NCBI GenBank assembly: GCA_963792585.1
Contig: CAWBWI010000006.1
Coordinates: 288,001 to 352,000, forward strand
Length of the DNA: 64,000 bases
DNA from: Candidatus Eiseniibacteriota bacterium
GTDB lineage: Bacteria; Eisenbacteria; RBG-16-71-46; CAIMUX01; VGJL01
Direction: 5' to 3'
The translations under genes and the position numbers were made by a program. The notes below the pieces were generated by a model. The model was not told the DNA's origin. It searched no databases and saw only the letters and a list, made by a program, of their open reading frames with translations. The number at the start of each line of letters is the position of its first letter. Positions within the stretch are counted from its first letter, which is position 1. Shown in pieces: positions 52,250 through 61,395 of the stretch.

Positions 52250-52810
52250 TCACGAGCTGGGGAAAGCTTCGCGCGCGGTTCCGCTGAGAAGGTCGGAGTA
52301 CGATTCACGGAGGAGATCCCCCTCCGCGATCCCGAAGGCGTCGAGCATACCCCGGACCGTCGCGTGGCAGATTTCCTCCGGGTGGGCTGGATCCACGACC
52401 GCCTCCAGCTCGACGAACGCGCCAAGCCCGATCACCTCATCGAGGTGGATGCGAACGTTCTCGTGGAGCCAGAGTTCGCGCCGCTTCTCGACGCGGACCC
52501 AGACCCCAAGGGCTGCGGCCAGGGCTGCGTGCATCCGCGCGGGCTCGCTCACGGGAACCACTTCGTAGTCGCTGGACCTTGGCCCCGTCTCGTTCGCGCG
52601 CTGATAGAAGATGAGCTCGGCGCGCGCAGCATGCAGGGCGTCTCCACCTTCGGATGCCTCGATCTCGCGCAGCTTCAGCCTGCCGGCCGACACGGGGAAG
52701 TAGGTGTCTACCTGTCGGAACGCTCCGCGGGGAATGGCGCCGAGGGAGCGGGAGATCTCGCGGATCCTGGCGAGGTCCCCGCAGCGCGCCTTGATCTCGA
52801 TGTTCTTCAT
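52250..52810 (-). CDS. CYTH-domain protein (class IV adenylate cyclase CyaB-like)
   Basis: NIEIKAR (ExExK-like), QVDTYF, GRLKLRE, VEKRR, IHLDEV.GLG.FVELE and SYSDLL. Confidence 0.9.
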   Translation of the reverse strand: MKNIEIKARCGDLARIREISRSLGAIPRGAFRQVDTYFPVSAGRLKLREIEASEGGDALHAARAELIFYQRANETGPRSSDYEVVPVSEPARMHAALAAALGVWVRVEKRRELWLHENVRIHLDEVIGLGAFVELEAVVDPAHPEEICHATVRGMLDAFGIAEGDLLRESYSDLLSGTAREAFPSS

Positions 52811-52821
52811 CCGCTCGCGCG

Positions 52822-53373
52822 TCAGCCCTTGCGCCCGTAGCGCCCCATCAATTTCCCTTCGCCGATCACGTGTCCCTCGATCGCCTTCAGGAGTTCCTTC
52901 CTCGTGGCGCCGGGGGCGAGGGTCACGTCCGCATCGAGCGCGTAGATTCTGAAGAAGTAGCGGTGCGGCTTTCCGCGCGGCGGGCAGGGACCGCCGTAGC
53001 CGACCTTCTTGAAGTCGTTCATCCCCTGCGCGGCGCCGTTCGGGAGACTCTTCTCCCTGGCGACGCCTTCGGGCAAAGACGTCGTGTCCGGCGGCAGGCC
53101 CCAGATCACCCAATGAACCCAGAGGCCGACCGGCGCGTCGGGGTCATCGCAGAGCAGCGCAAAGGACCGCGTCCCCGCGGGTGCACCCGACCACGCCAAT
53201 GCGGGGGAGAGATCGAGGCCGTCGCACGTGTGCTTCTCCGGGACCGCCTCCCCCTCCCGGAATGCGGGACTCGTCAGAGCGATCGTGACCATTCCCTTCG
53301 CCTCCTTCGGGGGCTCCTGCGCGAGCGCAGTCCCCGCGGCCGCCAGGAGCAGGATCGCGAGGGCCCGGATCAA
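52822..53373 (-). CDS. YbhB/YbcL (PEBP/Raf kinase inhibitor-like) protein
   Basis: TTG start overlapping the upstream TGA; signal peptide; DDPDAP..WVHW and YGGPCPP..HRYFF..YALD. Confidence 0.9.
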   Translation of the reverse strand: MIRALAILLLAAAGTALAQEPPKEAKGMVTIALTSPAFREGEAVPEKHTCDGLDLSPALAWSGAPAGTRSFALLCDDPDAPVGLWVHWVIWGLPPDTTSLPEGVAREKSLPNGAAQGMNDFKKVGYGGPCPPRGKPHRYFFRIYALDADVTLAPGATRKELLKAIEGHVIGEGKLMGRYGRKG

Positions 53374-55022
53374 GTCTGCGCGCCCCCGATCCGCGCGAGC
53401 CGTTCGCCCCAGAGGATTCTCTGCTGCAGCGGCCAGGACTCCGGAGATCCGAAGGTGAAGCCGCTCGCGAGCAGGAGAGTCTCTCCAGCGCGTTCGGTCC
53501 AGATGAACTCGAGATAGCTCGCCTCCGGTGCGTCGAGCAGGAACGCGATCCCCTGCTCCGGGTCGGCCATCGTGACGCGACCCTCGATCGAGGCGCCATC
53601 CTTCAGTCGGATCTTGAGGAGTCCATCCTCGCGCGGGTCGACCGAGGCATCTCCGCCGGTCCACGATGCGAGGCCGTCGGCGCTCGAGAAGCGTCTCCAG
53701 AGCTCCGATCGGGCGATCGGCATTCGGCGACGCAGGAGGAAACTCCTGCGCGGCCCCCGGTCGCCGTCGCGCAGCGCGAACTCGAGCATGCCGATGGCGG
53801 AACGCCATCCCGCCTGCGCTGCGTCGAACTCCTCATTCCATCCGCTTCCCTCTCCCCACCCTGCGTGCGTCAGTGCGATCCGCGTCTTGGCGGGGTCGGT
53901 GTCCGACGGGAGAAAGCGCAGGTCGATTTCGGTCGACCCGCCGACGGCGGGGATGTCCCAAGAGAAGCGCAGATGCGAACCATCCTCGATCGCACGCACC
54001 TGGCCCCGTATCTCCCCGTAACCCGCCCAGACGAACGTGCAGAGGCCTCCGTCGCGGGGGTCGATCTCCGCGCTGTCGCAGAACCACCGTGCCAGCCCTG
54101 CAGGATCGACCCATGCCTTCCACACCCGCTCACGTTCGGCGCTCAGGACGCGATCGAGCGTGATCGCCCGCCCCGCCGCGGGGGCGCGGCTCTCGGGGGC
54201 GCGCTTCAACGACTCGCGAAGCCGGCCGAAGCGGCCCTCCCAGGTTGCGCGCAGGGCCTCCCGATCCGCCTCGGTGATCGCATAGGAGCGCTGCGTGATC
54301 GTGAGCACCGACCCACTTTCCGCCGGCCAGATCGAGACACCGATCAAGCTCTTCTTCCCATCCTCATCCCACTGCATGCGCAGGTGCTTCCATGGCGCGA
54401 CGGTCCGCAAGATCCCCCGCACGCGCCCTCCCTCGCGCAGGCTGAGGTCAATCTCGCCGCCCGCCGCGGGGTCGATGAAGGCCTCGGAGGCGAGCCAGGA
54501 CGACAACCCCGCGGGGCCTGTCCACTGGGCGTAGACGCGCTCGCGGCTCGCGGGCATGGCCGTCTGCATCCGGAGGTAGAAGGCCGCACCGCCACGGCCC
54601 TCCTCCACATGGAATCTCAGGTTTTCGAGGACCTTGTCCCACTCGAGCGAGACCATCTCGAAACGCCCCCGCCATTCCTCGCCCGAAGGGAAGCCGCTGT
54701 GGCGGAACCTCAGGCCGGTCGTCCCCGCGTCGTCATCCTCGAGGTCGAAAGAGGCCATCGTCTCGCAACCATCGCGTTCCATGAACCAGGAGAGGACGAG
54801 ACGCCGCCCTTCATCGATCTCGAGGATCTCCCCTTGGGTGTGGGCCGGGACGGCGGTGTCCTGCCAGTCGATCCGGTAGCTGGCCCCGATCTCCGGGCGC
54901 CAGCGGACGGTGGCATACATCCATCGCGAGAGCGCGGCGGGATCGAGAAGGGCTCGGAAGACCTCCGCGCGCGTCGCAGCGATCCGCAGGCAGCGCTCCA
55001 CCGTCCGGGTCGACTCGGTCAT
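53370..55022 (-). CDS. Protein with four tandem SRPBCC/AHSA1-like domains
   Basis: Four repeats of [AE]xR..VW.A..[DG]P..L..W (VFRALLDPAALSRW, VYAQWTGPAGLSSW, VWKAWVDPAGLARW, LWRRFSSADGLASW). Confidence 0.82.
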   Translation of the reverse strand: MTESTRTVERCLRIAATRAEVFRALLDPAALSRWMYATVRWRPEIGASYRIDWQDTAVPAHTQGEILEIDEGRRLVLSWFMERDGCETMASFDLEDDDAGTTGLRFRHSGFPSGEEWRGRFEMVSLEWDKVLENLRFHVEEGRGGAAFYLRMQTAMPASRERVYAQWTGPAGLSSWLASEAFIDPAAGGEIDLSLREGGRVRGILRTVAPWKHLRMQWDEDGKKSLIGVSIWPAESGSVLTITQRSYAITEADREALRATWEGRFGRLRESLKRAPESRAPAAGRAITLDRVLSAERERVWKAWVDPAGLARWFCDSAEIDPRDGGLCTFVWAGYGEIRGQVRAIEDGSHLRFSWDIPAVGGSTEIDLRFLPSDTDPAKTRIALTHAGWGEGSGWNEEFDAAQAGWRSAIGMLEFALRDGDRGPRRSFLLRRRMPIARSELWRRFSSADGLASWTGGDASVDPREDGLLKIRLKDGASIEGRVTMADPEQGIAFLLDAPEASYLEFIWTERAGETLLLASGFTFGSPESWPLQQRILWGERLARIGGAQT

Positions 55023-55033
55023 GCTCGTCTCCT

Positions 55034-55375
55034 CTAAGGAACGTCGGCGTTGTAGGTATAGGAGCGGACCCGATCCCCGTCAAAGCGGATATACAGGTCT
55101 CGCGTATGGGTCTGGCCGCCGATCAACCGGATCTTGTAATGAACGTAGGTCCAGGTTGAGTCTCCGTCCTCGATCCCGCGACGGTAAGGCCGACCGAACT
55201 GCGCGAGGAGCCCGCTCTTCGTCGTCTCACCGTTCCGAATGTCGATCACTTTCTCGGACGGGAATTCCCGGCCCACGGTTGCGCAACCGGCCGCACCGCC
55301 GAGGAGAACACAGACCGCGGTGGAGAGGATCGCACGGGCGACGTAGGGGAATGGGGGCGCGTTCCTTCGCTCCAT
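55034..55375 (-). CDS. SmpA/BamE-like lipoprotein
   Basis: Lipobox AAGC; CATVGREF...IRNGETTK..LL..FG.P, WTY and L.I.FD...V. Confidence 0.7.
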   Translation of the reverse strand: MERRNAPPFPYVARAILSTAVCVLLGGAAGCATVGREFPSEKVIDIRNGETTKSGLLAQFGRPYRRGIEDGDSTWTYVHYKIRLIGGQTHTRDLYIRFDGDRVRSYTYNADVP

Positions 55376-55554
55376 TCTTGGACTCCCTGCAACTCACGCA
55401 ACCGCGTGAGGATAGGCGCCTTAGGCCGAAACTTGTGGCAGCGGCAGGCTAACAGAACGCTTTTGCCGAGGTCAAGATAACCGGCCATATCCTGATATCC
55501 GACTGAATTCTATGGAGATCGACGGATTCTGCCGATAGGGGGGACAGGGGGCAC

Positions 55555-56520
55555 ATGAGTGATCGTCGGTTAGCGAAGACAATCGAATCCAACGGCGAAG
55601 GGCAGATCTCCTGCCACGATCCGGCTGTTGCCGTCCCCCCGGCGCCACAGCGCATTCAAGGGGCTCGGTCCCCGGTTCGCCGCGTGGCGGCGTCTCCCTG
55701 CGGGCGATTCCTCGCAGCGGGCCTCGCCGACGGCTCCATTCTGATTCATGAGACTGCGAACGGAACCTGCCGGCGCACCCTGAAGGGACACACCGGCCCG
55801 ATCGAGGCGCTGGCATTCCTCCCAGGCGGCACGCTCCTTCTCTCCGCCTCGAGGGACGGCACCTTCCGCACATGGGACTACTGGAGCGAACGGTGCTGCC
55901 AGATCGTGCAAGCGCACCGCTTCCCGATCCACGCGCTCGCGGCATCGCCCGACGGCGAGCGCGTCGCCACCGGCGACACCGACGGCAAGATCAAGCTGTG
56001 GGATGCCTACCCGGCACGCGCACGTCTGGTCCTGACAGGATCCGAGGGCGGAATCCGAGGCCTCGCCTTCAACCGCCAGGCCTCGGTCCTACTCAGCGCG
56101 GCCGACGATGGTCGGTTTCGGGCCTGGAGTCTTGCCACCGGTCGCTGCATCTCGGATATCGAAGCGCACCGGCCCCCGATCCACGCTTGGGGCGCCCGAC
56201 CCGACGGCGGACGGATCGCCACCGGCGGCGAGGACGGCCGTGCCCGGATATGGGATGCAGACGAGATCCGTTGCGTGCAGACGATCCCACTGTCCAATCG
56301 ACCGATCGAGGCCGTCGCCCTGAGCGCCACCCTTCTGGCCGCGGTCGACGCGAGCGGCCGACTGATGGTCCACACCCTCGGGCGCGCCGGATCTCCGCCC
56401 TGGTCCCAGGATCACATCGCCCCCATCCGCGGGCTGGCAAGCGCGTCGATCGCGATCCCCGGCGGGGGCCGGTTGGCTGTCGGCGGCCCGGACCGTTCCC
56501 TCCGTATCTGGCCGCTCTAG
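55555..56520 (+). CDS. WD40-repeat protein
   Basis: Repeats GHTGPIEALAF...SASRDGTFRTWD, ATGDTDGKIKLWD and ATGGEDGRARIWD. Confidence 0.9.
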   Translation: MSDRRLAKTIESNGEGQISCHDPAVAVPPAPQRIQGARSPVRRVAASPCGRFLAAGLADGSILIHETANGTCRRTLKGHTGPIEALAFLPGGTLLLSASRDGTFRTWDYWSERCCQIVQAHRFPIHALAASPDGERVATGDTDGKIKLWDAYPARARLVLTGSEGGIRGLAFNRQASVLLSAADDGRFRAWSLATGRCISDIEAHRPPIHAWGARPDGGRIATGGEDGRARIWDADEIRCVQTIPLSNRPIEAVALSATLLAAVDASGRLMVHTLGRAGSPPWSQDHIAPIRGLASASIAIPGGGRLAVGGPDRSLRIWPL

Positions 56521-56583
56521 CCGCATTTCGCTTACCCCCGATCTGTGCGATGATTCCGTCTCTCTGCCAGAGACGGAGGACCG

Positions 56584-57843
56584 ATGAAACGCAGCCCCAT
56601 CCAGCCGGTCAAGGGAACACGGGATTTCTATCCGGAGCTGATGGCCCAGCGGGTCTGGCTCTACGAGCGGATTCGCGCGGCGGCGCGCCGATTCGGTTAC
56701 CAGGAATACGAAGGCCCGATCCTCGAACCGATCGCCCTCTACGCAGCGAAGAGCGGTGACGAGCTGGTCAAGGAGCAGGCGTTCGTGCTCCAGGACCGCG
56801 GCGGCGACGATCTCGCCATGCGTCCCGAGTTGACCCCCACGCTGGCCAGAATGGTCGCGCAGCGGCAGGCACAGATTCCCCGCCCGATTCGCTGGTGGTC
56901 CTTCGGTCCCTTCTGGCGTTACGAGCGTCCCCAGAAGGGGCGCACGAGGGAGTTCTTCCAGTGGAACCTCGATCTGGTGGGCGTGGACGACGCGCGCGCC
57001 GATGCCGAGGTCATCGCGGTCGCGGCCTCGTTCCTGCGCGAGGCGGGACTGGGAGGCGGCGAGGTCGTCCTGCAAGTCAACAACCGGCGCCTGATGGACG
57101 GATGTCTCGCCCGGATCGGAATCGAAGGCGACGCGAAGAAGGCGGCATTCCGACTGATCGACAAGCGGGACAAGCTCCCGCCGGCGGGCTGGGTCGAGTA
57201 TGCGATCTCCACCGGCTTCACGCGGGAGCAGATCGATGCGCTCGGCGCGATTCTCGTGAACCGCGAACTCTGGCGCGAGTCGGAGGAGTTGACGCAGCTC
57301 TTCGAGATTCTCGAGGCGTACGGCGTACGGGAGATGGTCGCCTACGAGCCTTCGGTCATTCGAGGCTTGGACTACTACACGGGGACCGTTTTCGAGGCCC
57401 GCGACCGCGACGGGGAGTTCCGGGCGATCCTCGGAGGGGGCCGCTACGACAATCTCGTGGGCGACGTAGGTGGGGACCCCCTCCCGGGCGTGGGATTCGC
57501 CATGGGAGACGTGGTGATTGGCCTGGTTCTGGACAAGTACGGGAAGGTGCCCGCGCTGAGGGCGGCGCCCGCCCGGGCGCTCGTGACGGTCTTCAGCCCG
57601 GAGCTGGCATTGGACGCGATTCGCACGGCGATGCGGCTGCGGGCGGACGGAATCGACATCGAGCTCTATCCCGAACCGTCGAAAATGGCAAAGCAGTTCC
57701 GCTACGCCGACCAACTGGGGATCCCGTTTGCGATCGTCGTGGGGCCGGACGAAGCCCGCGAGAACAAGATCGCACTGAAGGACCTCGCGAGCGGAGAGCA
57801 GGTTCTGCTCCCGATCGATGAGGCATCCGATCGGCTGCGATGA
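56584..57843 (+). CDS. hisS: Histidine--tRNA ligase
   Basis: KGTRDF, MRPELT, RYERPQKGRTREFFQ, RGLDYYTG, GGGRYD and anticodon-binding domain KQFRYAD. Confidence 0.97.
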   Translation: MKRSPIQPVKGTRDFYPELMAQRVWLYERIRAAARRFGYQEYEGPILEPIALYAAKSGDELVKEQAFVLQDRGGDDLAMRPELTPTLARMVAQRQAQIPRPIRWWSFGPFWRYERPQKGRTREFFQWNLDLVGVDDARADAEVIAVAASFLREAGLGGGEVVLQVNNRRLMDGCLARIGIEGDAKKAAFRLIDKRDKLPPAGWVEYAISTGFTREQIDALGAILVNRELWRESEELTQLFEILEAYGVREMVAYEPSVIRGLDYYTGTVFEARDRDGEFRAILGGGRYDNLVGDVGGDPLPGVGFAMGDVVIGLVLDKYGKVPALRAAPARALVTVFSPELALDAIRTAMRLRADGIDIELYPEPSKMAKQFRYADQLGIPFAIVVGPDEARENKIALKDLASGEQVLLPIDEASDRLR

Positions 57844-58565
57844 CCGCGCCGGCGGAAGGGATCTCGGTCGTCATCCCGTTCTTCAACGAAGAACCGAATC
57901 TCGAGCCTCTCCGCGCGCGCCTGGTTCCCGTCCTCGAGAAGATCGGCCGCCCCTTCGAGGTGCTCTTCGTCGACGACGGAAGTGACGATGCGGGCGGGCG
58001 GCTCGCCGACTCGATGAACCGAGCGGACCCACGCATCCGCGTGGTCCACTTCGAACAACGATCCGGTCAGTCCGCCGCGCTCGACGCGGGATTTCGCTCC
58101 GCCGCGCACGAAATCGTCGTCACGCTCGACGCGGACCTCCAGAACGAACCTGAGGACATACCAAAACTGATCGATGCGCTCGCCGAGGCCGACGCGGCAT
58201 GCGGCTACCGGATGAAACGCCACGATGGTTGGGTGCGCCGCGCCTCGAGCGTCATCGCCAACCGCGTCCGGGACCGGATCACCGGGGATCACATCACGGA
58301 CACCGGTTGCAGCCTGAAGGCCTACCGGGCGGAGTACCTTCGCCGTATGAAGATGTTCACCGGCATGCACCGATTTCTACCGACCCTCCTGCGCATGGAG
58401 GGCGCGCGGGTCGTCGAGTTACCCGTCCGCCACCACCCGCGCGTGGCCGGACGATCGAAGTACGGCATCTCGAACCGCGCCTTGTCGGGTCTCCGGGATT
58501 GCTTTGCGGTCCGCTGGATGCGGGATCGCCGAATCCGCTACAGGATCAAGGAGGAGTCGCGGTGA
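57840..58565 (+). CDS. GT2 polyprenol-phosphate glycosyltransferase (ArnC/DPM1-like)
   Basis: SVVIPFFNEE, VDDGSDD, GQSAAL, LDADLQN, DTGCSLK and HRFLP. Confidence 0.92.
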   Translation: MTAPAEGISVVIPFFNEEPNLEPLRARLVPVLEKIGRPFEVLFVDDGSDDAGGRLADSMNRADPRIRVVHFEQRSGQSAALDAGFRSAAHEIVVTLDADLQNEPEDIPKLIDALAEADAACGYRMKRHDGWVRRASSVIANRVRDRITGDHITDTGCSLKAYRAEYLRRMKMFTGMHRFLPTLLRMEGARVVELPVRHHPRVAGRSKYGISNRALSGLRDCFAVRWMRDRRIRYRIKEESR

Positions 58566-58852
58566 ACATCACTCTCTGGACCGGTGTCGGCATGCTCGGT
58601 CAGTGCATCTTCGGATCACGATTCCTCGTGCAGTGGCTTGCCTCCGAGCGAAGGCGCCGGAGCGTGATCCCCAAGGCTTTCTGGTACCTCTCGATCATCG
58701 GGAGCATGGTCCTGTTGAGCTACGCCATCCACCGGCGCGATCCGGTCTTCATCGTGGGCGAGATCGGCGGTTTCATGATCTATGTCCGAAACCTCGTTCT
58801 CCTGAAGAAGACCGCCGAGACGCCTCAGCCGTCACCCCTCTCGACGACGTAG
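58562..58852 (+). CDS. Lipid-A-disaccharide synthase N-terminal (LAB_N) domain membrane protein
   Basis: GQ..F.SRFLVQWLASER..SVIP.AFWYLS..G...L.YAI...DPVFI; GTG overlaps the GT2 stop. Confidence 0.88.
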   Translation: MNITLWTGVGMLGQCIFGSRFLVQWLASERRRRSVIPKAFWYLSIIGSMVLLSYAIHRRDPVFIVGEIGGFMIYVRNLVLLKKTAETPQPSPLSTT

Positions 58853-59922
58853 GCGCGAATCATCCAGGCCAGAGTCGCCAGCGTGGCGACGAAGAGAGCG
58901 AGGAAGAGCGGCAAGACGCTCCACTGCGTGCGGACGGCCGCGTGCTCGAGGTCTGCGAGTCCTCCGATCTGGATGTCGCGCACCCACATCCGCACGAGGA
59001 TCATGCCGACCAGTGTGATCGTGAGCAGCCCCGCACTGCCGAGCAGGACCTTGCCCGAGTCCGGCTTCGCCACGATCAGGAAGACCGCGAGCAGGGCCAG
59101 GAAGGCGGCGCCGAAAAGGTGCGCCGTGTAGACGGGGTTCCCGCCGAGGAAGGCGCTGCGCGTGGCCGGCGGGAGCGTGAAAAGGAACCAGACCCCGATC
59201 AAGATCTGGACGAGCGTCGCGCCCGAGAACCAGTTGCGCCCATAGCGCACCGCCCATTTGCCGAAGGCGGGATCCTTCCCGGATAGACTCCGCTGACCCA
59301 GGAGGATCACCCCGAGTCCGCTCACCGCGATTGCGGCAACCAGCATGTGCAGGAAGCGCGGGATCAATGTCGGCTCGCCTGTGTTGAGCCGCAGCCCCAT
59401 CCGGTTCGCCACGTAGAGATCGTGGAACCGCTCGGGCGCCATCATCAGGGTGAAGTTGTTCGTGTAGATGAAACCGATCGCCGCCACCAAGAGCGCGGAG
59501 ACCCAGGCGACCCACAACCGCCGTTCGCGGCGGAGCGTATCGGACATCGCCATGTAGTAGTGGCCGTAGTAAGCGATCACGAGCAGAAAGATCACCGCGA
59601 GCCACGGAACCGCCATGAGGATGCTCGAGGTGTAGAAGAAGCGACCATAGAGCACCTGGATGAAGAGCAGGGGCGCCACACCCAGGGAGATGGTCGCCGC
59701 CATCACGATCGGCAGAATCTTGCTGATCCGGTCGGCGAGATGGCGGTGATGGGGGACGTTGGACCGCCCGCGCGCCCCCGAGATCGCCGCGAGGAAGCCT
59801 CCGCCGAGCAGGAAGTCCATCGCCACGACGTGCAGGAAGAAGGTGACGATCAAGAGGAGCCGGAACATCCAGACGGGCGCGGGCAGCGCGCTCGGATCGA
59901 CCGGCGGCAGGATGGGGTTCAT
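58825..59922 (-). CDS. CydA'-like polytopic membrane subunit (partner of the bd-like oxidoreductase)
   Basis: TFFLHVVAM...GG, GVAPLLFIQVLYG and PRFLHML; about 9 TM; GGAGG RBS; coupled to the upstream gene. Confidence 0.65.
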   Translation of the reverse strand: MNPILPPVDPSALPAPVWMFRLLLIVTFFLHVVAMDFLLGGGFLAAISGARGRSNVPHHRHLADRISKILPIVMAATISLGVAPLLFIQVLYGRFFYTSSILMAVPWLAVIFLLVIAYYGHYYMAMSDTLRRERRLWVAWVSALLVAAIGFIYTNNFTLMMAPERFHDLYVANRMGLRLNTGEPTLIPRFLHMLVAAIAVSGLGVILLGQRSLSGKDPAFGKWAVRYGRNWFSGATLVQILIGVWFLFTLPPATRSAFLGGNPVYTAHLFGAAFLALLAVFLIVAKPDSGKVLLGSAGLLTITLVGMILVRMWVRDIQIGGLADLEHAAVRTQWSVLPLFLALFVATLATLAWMIRAYVVERGDG

Positions 59923-61242
59923 CACGGCACCTCCTGGATCGGGATCGGCTGTGTTTCGGCAGGGTAGCCCCAAAGGCTCGCAAGATAGTGGGCGAGCGCG
60001 CGCCTCTCCTCGTCGTTGCCGGCGAACGGGGGCATGAAGCCCTTCAGCTCATCCAGATGGCGTAGCTGTCCCGTGATGAAACTCTCCCGCCACCCGCGGA
60101 TCAGGGGTCGAATCGCGTTGTATCCATCCACCGTGTGGCAGGCTCCGCACTGGAAACGGAAGATCTCCACCCCCGCCTCGTGGCGGTTCGAGGCGGTGAC
60201 TTCGTGCACCGTCGCCCATCGCGCGGCCGGGAGGAACCCGCCCTTCGAAAGCTCCTCGACCTGCCCGGGCCGGATGTTGTTCGAGTACATCGCGCGATAG
60301 ACGATGTAGGGCTTGCGCACCGCCTCGCGCACCCACTCCGAGGTGCCCGTGACCGCGAAACCAACGACGAGGAAGAGGGTTGCGAGCGCGGGGCTGAAGC
60401 GCGCAGGGCTGCGATAGGCGGTCAGCCAGGTGAAGACGAGCAGGAAGGTCGAGATCCCGATGGAGGAGATGAGAAAGATCGTGACCGGCGGCGCTCCCCC
60501 GAAGACGATGTGCCGCGCTCCCGACGGCATCGCGAAGAAGTACCAGAGCCCGGCGAGGGGCATGATCCCCAATCCAACGAACACCCAACGGGCGGCATGC
60601 TTCACCATGGCCGCCCGGTGTCCTTCCGATCTTCAGCATCGACGCGGTCAGAAGCACATAGAGGCCGGTGAGCGAGATCGCCACACCGGTTCGGAGCAGG
60701 AGCGATGGGAAGTAGCTCGGGTTGAAGATGCCGTCCCAGAACCGCCCGGTCTCGAGCCAGCGGCCGGGCGTCAGCATGAACGCCAGAATGCCGTTGATCA
60801 CGACCAGGCTCATGTAGGCACTGATGAAGTAGATCCAGCCGACCTTCATGTGCAGCTTCGGCGAGAGCCGATCCCAGCCGTAGTAGTAGACCATCGCCGC
60901 GACGATCTCGATCAGGAAGAAGCACCATTCGATCGCCCAGCCGAAGACGAAGTTGTGGATCAGAAAGCTGGTTCCCGCGGGGTGGGCAAGGCCGATCGCG
61001 AACCAGATCCCCACGCCCGAGACGGCGCCGAAGACAAGGGTGAGAAGGATGAAGAACCGACCGTGCTCGCGCACGTAGGCGAGCATCTCACGATTGCCTT
61101 CGCGCCTGGCCTTGCGCTCCGTCAGGACGAGGAAGAGCCCGCCACCGACGGCGAAATGGGATACGAAGACGTGGGCGATGGCGATCAGGGCGATCACGAT
61201 GCCGCCGCCCAACAGGGGCACTTCCCAGAAGGGATAATCCAT
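59922..61242 (-). CDS. Cytochrome bd subunit-I-like protein fused to C-terminal cytochrome c (indel near 60625-60635)
   Basis: HVFVSHFAVGGG, GAVSGVGIW, WAIEWCFFLIE and FMLTPG in ORF 60049-61242; EWVREAVRKPY, CGACH and FMPPF in ORF 59922-60608. Confidence 0.78.
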
Positions 61243-61395
61243 ACCCGCTCCTCCCCTCGCCGCGTCTTTGAGGACGACCGACGGCGATGATCGCCCGGAT
61301 TAGAAACCGGCGCGCGGGGGAAGTCAATCCGAGGAGGAAGCGCGCCCGGAGACCCCGAGCGCATGCACGCGAGGAAAGCGGGGAGGAATGCCTGC

